Shown one piece after another: positions 60,666-64,000 of a DNA stretch of 64,000 nt (its first letter is position 1; each line of letters starts with the position of its first letter). Origin of the DNA: a virus. The notes beneath the pieces were generated by a model, which saw only the letters and a list, made by a program, of their open reading frames with translations, ran no database searches and was not told where the DNA came from. A program made the position numbers and the translations under genes. Location: positions 102,194 to 166,193 of IMG/VR virus record IMGVR_UViG_3300044695_004134; one strand, written 5' to 3'.

Positions 60666-62018
60666 TCACATTAGGTTGGCGACTCTGAAAATACGGTAGT
60701 ACGTATTACGCTTAGAGTACAACTGACCTAGGTCTACGTTTGTACCGCCAGCAAATGGGTTTGCAACCATGCCGTAACGTGTCTTGAAACCAATCTTTGG
60801 TTGGAATGTGTACTGGTCAACTGCACGAACCATTTGTAGCGGAACGTATGGGCAGTAGAATAGACCAGCGTCATAAGGAGAAGAACCCTTATAACCGATT
60901 GTCACCAACTCTTGGTTAGATGTGTAACCACCGAAGTACGGGTCGATATAGACCTTGATACGACCGTGGAGCAAACCAGCGAATGTGTTGCCAGTGTCAT
61001 CAACTTGCAAGTCAGTAGACAATGCAGGAGTGTACTGTAGAACACCAGCCATAGCCATAGCGGAAGCAACGTCAGATGATACAATCATCACGTTGCCTTT
61101 ACCTCTACGAGTTTCTTTGGCAATAACGTTAGCATCACGTTCAACTTGGAAAATCAAACCTTTGAAACGCTCAACAGACCAACGGCCGTTAGAGTCGGTG
61201 TCTAGGTCGAATGTACCAGCAGTTGTTGTACCATACTGAGCACCGTTCTTAGCAACAGTGTAGATTGTACGGATAACTTCACGGTTGATTTCAGCTAGAA
61301 TTTCTGTAGACAGAATGTTAGACAATTCTGTTTCAGCGTCAAGACCGTGAATTGCTTTCAAGTCTTGTGCAAGTTCTAGTGAGTATTCAGCTTTCAACGC
61401 ACGGCTTTGAGCAGTCACAGTAACCTTCTCGATAGAGAAAGCCATTTGACCGAAAGCTGTGTTTGAATCAGAGCCTAGATATTCAGCAGTAGCCGTAGGC
61501 ATGCCGATACCGGTTGTGAATGTGTTAGCTGTTGTGAAACCGTTACCAACTGGGTTGGTCAATGTATCACCAGTGGTGTTGTTAGCGAAACCGAAACGGT
61601 TTGTGTCAGAACCAATACCAGAGAACTTGGTGTTAGCTTCGTTGAAGAATGCTTCTTGACCAGCGGCTTGATTGTTTTCACCGTACTTGGCACGCATTGC
61701 GAAAATCAAACCTGTTGGTCCTGTCATTGGCTGAACGCCAGCAACATCATAAGCAATCAAGTTAGGTAGCGCACGGCGAACCAATGAAATCAAGATTGGG
61801 TCAAAGTTTTGAACACCGGCGCCAGTAGCCATGGATGGACCACCAGCAGTAGCTTCGTTCAACATACCCATTTGAGCACGGTCAGACGCCATAGCTTGAG
61901 ATTGGTTTTCAAGAATACATGCTGTAACAGCTTTCTTGTATGGATCTTTAATAGCTTCTAGTTCTGGGTGCTCCAGAACAGGTTGCCATTTTTGTTTTAG
62001 TTCTTCAGATAAAAACAT
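60666..62018 (-). CDS. 23: Major capsid protein gp23
   Basis: VQPMTGPTGLIFAMR, ELAQDLKAIHGLDAE, FQPKIGFKTRYG. Confidence 0.98.
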   Translation of the reverse strand: MFLSEELKQKWQPVLEHPELEAIKDPYKKAVTACILENQSQAMASDRAQMGMLNEATAGGPSMATGAGVQNFDPILISLVRRALPNLIAYDVAGVQPMTGPTGLIFAMRAKYGENNQAAGQEAFFNEANTKFSGIGSDTNRFGFANNTTGDTLTNPVGNGFTTANTFTTGIGMPTATAEYLGSDSNTAFGQMAFSIEKVTVTAQSRALKAEYSLELAQDLKAIHGLDAETELSNILSTEILAEINREVIRTIYTVAKNGAQYGTTTAGTFDLDTDSNGRWSVERFKGLIFQVERDANVIAKETRRGKGNVMIVSSDVASAMAMAGVLQYTPALSTDLQVDDTGNTFAGLLHGRIKVYIDPYFGGYTSNQELVTIGYKGSSPYDAGLFYCPYVPLQMVRAVDQYTFQPKIGFKTRYGMVANPFAGGTNVDLGQLYSKRNTYYRIFRVANLM

Positions 62019-62053
62019 TTAAATTACTCCTGTTTTAATTAAGTGTGGTATAT

Positions 62054-63259
62054 TTATTTTGCCACAGATTTTGAGATTGAATTAACAACAGCGTTAATTA
62101 GAGGATCAGTAGATGCTTTTGATGGCTTATCTTCTGGTACTTCAACGCCTTCTTCTAGGGCAGATTTTTCGGCAGCTTTAACAGTCTTAGAAGGAGCATA
62201 CGCTTCTTTCAATGTGTTAAGTTTTTCTGCGACTTCTTCCTCAGTTGTGAACTCAACACTCTCTGCGAGTGATTTAAGTTTTTCTACCTGAGTCTGCGTT
62301 AGGCCTTCGCAAACTGCTTGCACGGCCTGAATTCTTTTTTGTTCGTTTAGTTCTTTGCGAACTTGAATTGAATTTTGGATTTCTTCGTTCAATTTGGCTT
62401 CTAGTTCTTCAACTTTGTCTGCCATTTCTTGAACAACATCAACCTTTTCTTCTGGAATATCGATGTAGTGTTCTGCGAATAGATTCTTTAGACCACCAAT
62501 AAAGTCTTCTACGATTTCAGCACGTAGGCCGGACTCGATAGCCAACTCATTCTCTTTCATCCATTCTTCTACCATGTAGTTTAGGTAGTCATCAATTTTG
62601 GATGCAAAGTCTTCTTTGAGTTCTTCAACTGCTTGTTCGAATTGTTCATGAAGTTGTGCTTCCACTTCTTCTGCAAGTTCTTCTACACGTGACATAACGG
62701 CAGCTTCGAAAATTGTAGTAGCTTTAGAAACAAATTCTTCTGATAGGTCTTCACCTTGAAGCAATGCATCAATGTCTTCTTTTAGACCTTTCTTAGCCAT
62801 CATTTTTTTCATCATGGCTTTATCTTTCTTTTCGTCTTCGTGGTCTTCTTTGTCTTCAGCTTCGGCAACCACTTCGCCATCTAATTCTTCATCTTCGTTA
62901 TTTTGACCGTAAGATTGGAATGTAGCACCTTTATTTTTTTCCATTTTTTGGGTACCAGGTTTGCCTTCAGGTGCTTCAACAGAACCTTTTTCAGAAGGCT
63001 GACCGGTAATCTTTTTCATTGGCTCTGAACCTACTGGAGGTGTAGCGCCTGGTGGTGTAGCTGTTGGAACACCTTTAGTGGCATCTGGACCAGAGTCGGT
63101 TGTTTTGGTAACTTCTGTACCAATTTCACCGACTTCTTTTTGGCCTGCAACTACGGATGTAGGCAGTCTAGAAGAACCTTCGGTACCTTTTTTTGCTGAA
63201 GAAATGCTTTTGTTTAGAATATCAGCGGCAGCTTCAGACAGATTGAACTTTTTAACCAT
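62054..63259 (-). CDS. 22: Prohead core scaffold gp22
   Basis: TIFEAAV, YLNYMVEEW, LFAEHYI; lies between 21 and 23. Confidence 0.92.
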   Translation of the reverse strand: MVKKFNLSEAAADILNKSISSAKKGTEGSSRLPTSVVAGQKEVGEIGTEVTKTTDSGPDATKGVPTATPPGATPPVGSEPMKKITGQPSEKGSVEAPEGKPGTQKMEKNKGATFQSYGQNNEDEELDGEVVAEAEDKEDHEDEKKDKAMMKKMMAKKGLKEDIDALLQGEDLSEEFVSKATTIFEAAVMSRVEELAEEVEAQLHEQFEQAVEELKEDFASKIDDYLNYMVEEWMKENELAIESGLRAEIVEDFIGGLKNLFAEHYIDIPEEKVDVVQEMADKVEELEAKLNEEIQNSIQVRKELNEQKRIQAVQAVCEGLTQTQVEKLKSLAESVEFTTEEEVAEKLNTLKEAYAPSKTVKAAEKSALEEGVEVPEDKPSKASTDPLINAVVNSISKSVAK

Positions 63260-63288
63260 TTAAAACTCTCCTTGGTTTTGTATGTGGA

Positions 63289-63296
63289 TATTTATA
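63289..63296 (-). promoter_or_regulatory. T4-type late promoter
   Basis: TATAAATA upstream of gp22. Confidence 0.75.
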
Positions 63297-63299
63297 ATA

Positions 63300-63944
63300 T
63301 TATAGTTTTCTAAGGAAGGTTTCGAAAATTTGTAAACTTACTTGTTCGATTTCTTTACGTGAAGCCTTACGAACTTGTTGTATTGCTTCTTCAAGATGAA
63401 CTTCGGTCCACTTACCATCTACTAACATCCATTCTTTGCCTTCCATAATTCCCTGAACAAATGCTCCAGGTGCAGAAGGATCGGCCACAATATCTGCCGC
63501 TGTGGCAAGATAGAAATCGGGTTGCACAACGTTCACACCGTTGACCATTTTTAGAGAACCCATACCTCTAGAAGACACACCTAATTGTGCGCCACCTTCG
63601 ATAAGGCTTCTTGCAATGTTACCCATGGGTGTATCAAGAATCTTTGCTTTACCAATCCACTGGTTGCCGTCTTCACGTAGACCAGTAATCATGTGAGACA
63701 CACGATCCAAGTTGATTGATGGAGAATCAGGATGACCCAATTCACCAAAAGCACGATGCTTATTGATATAATCTTCGGTGTATCTGTGAACTTCTTTACG
63801 TAGTGTATTGAATTCGTAGATACGACCGTTTTTGTTTTTCTTTTCGGCAACAAGAAACGGACCTTCAATATGAAGGACTTTTTTACCGTCAGCTTCTTCG
63901 GTTAAATAACTAACCGTTTCGGTAATTTCTTTAATAAGTTTCAT
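63300..63944 (-). CDS. 21: Prohead protease gp21
   Basis: GELGHP, GVSSRGMGS, DIVADPSAP. Confidence 0.96.
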   Translation of the reverse strand: MKLIKEITETVSYLTEEADGKKVLHIEGPFLVAEKKNKNGRIYEFNTLRKEVHRYTEDYINKHRAFGELGHPDSPSINLDRVSHMITGLREDGNQWIGKAKILDTPMGNIARSLIEGGAQLGVSSRGMGSLKMVNGVNVVQPDFYLATAADIVADPSAPGAFVQGIMEGKEWMLVDGKWTEVHLEEAIQQVRKASRKEIEQVSLQIFETFLRKL

Positions 63945-64000
63945 TTTACTCCCATTGCCTTTCGTTTTCTTAACGATATTTTTCTTTTCCGTAAGATTTG
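63941..64000 (-). CDS. C-terminus of a basic prohead core protein (gp68-like), partial
   Basis: QILRKRKISLRKRKAMGVK*, ATGA overlap with gp21. Confidence 0.55.
   Translation of the reverse strand, partial: QILRKRKISLRKRKAMGVK

Overview
This is a 64-kb segment of a large T4-like myophage genome, almost all on the minus strand. The host is probably Gram-negative, since a spanin pair is present. In window order it holds: nucleotide metabolism and primase (nrdA, MazG-like, thyX, gp61); a lysis cassette; a block of capsid-targeted internal proteins; a glycosyltransferase cluster; the replication core (gp41, gp40, uvsX, gp43); a plus-strand island of nine exported or membrane proteins; an RNA island of about 8 kb; stress and translation accessory genes; regA to gp55; uvsW and uvsY; and head genes gp23, gp22 and gp21. 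There are about 33 tRNA or tRNA-like genes covering all 20 amino acids, nearly all in the RNA island. The most notable signal is a DUF2828-like (TROVE/vWA, Ro60-like) protein gene preceded by three tandem ncRNAs, with two more copies among the tRNAs. All five share a covarying terminal helix and a (G/A)UUC(A/C)GCA motif but carry different cargo: circularly permuted tRNA mimics (one with an internal CCA), a lone anticodon stem-loop, and a large GNRA-rich domain. This looks like a Y-RNA-like ribonucleoprotein system. The RNA island also has rrn-like promoters with boxA, a candidate leader-peptide attenuator, stalk-enclosed ncRNAs and several non-canonical tRNAs. All calls come from reading the sequence by eye; no database searches were run.
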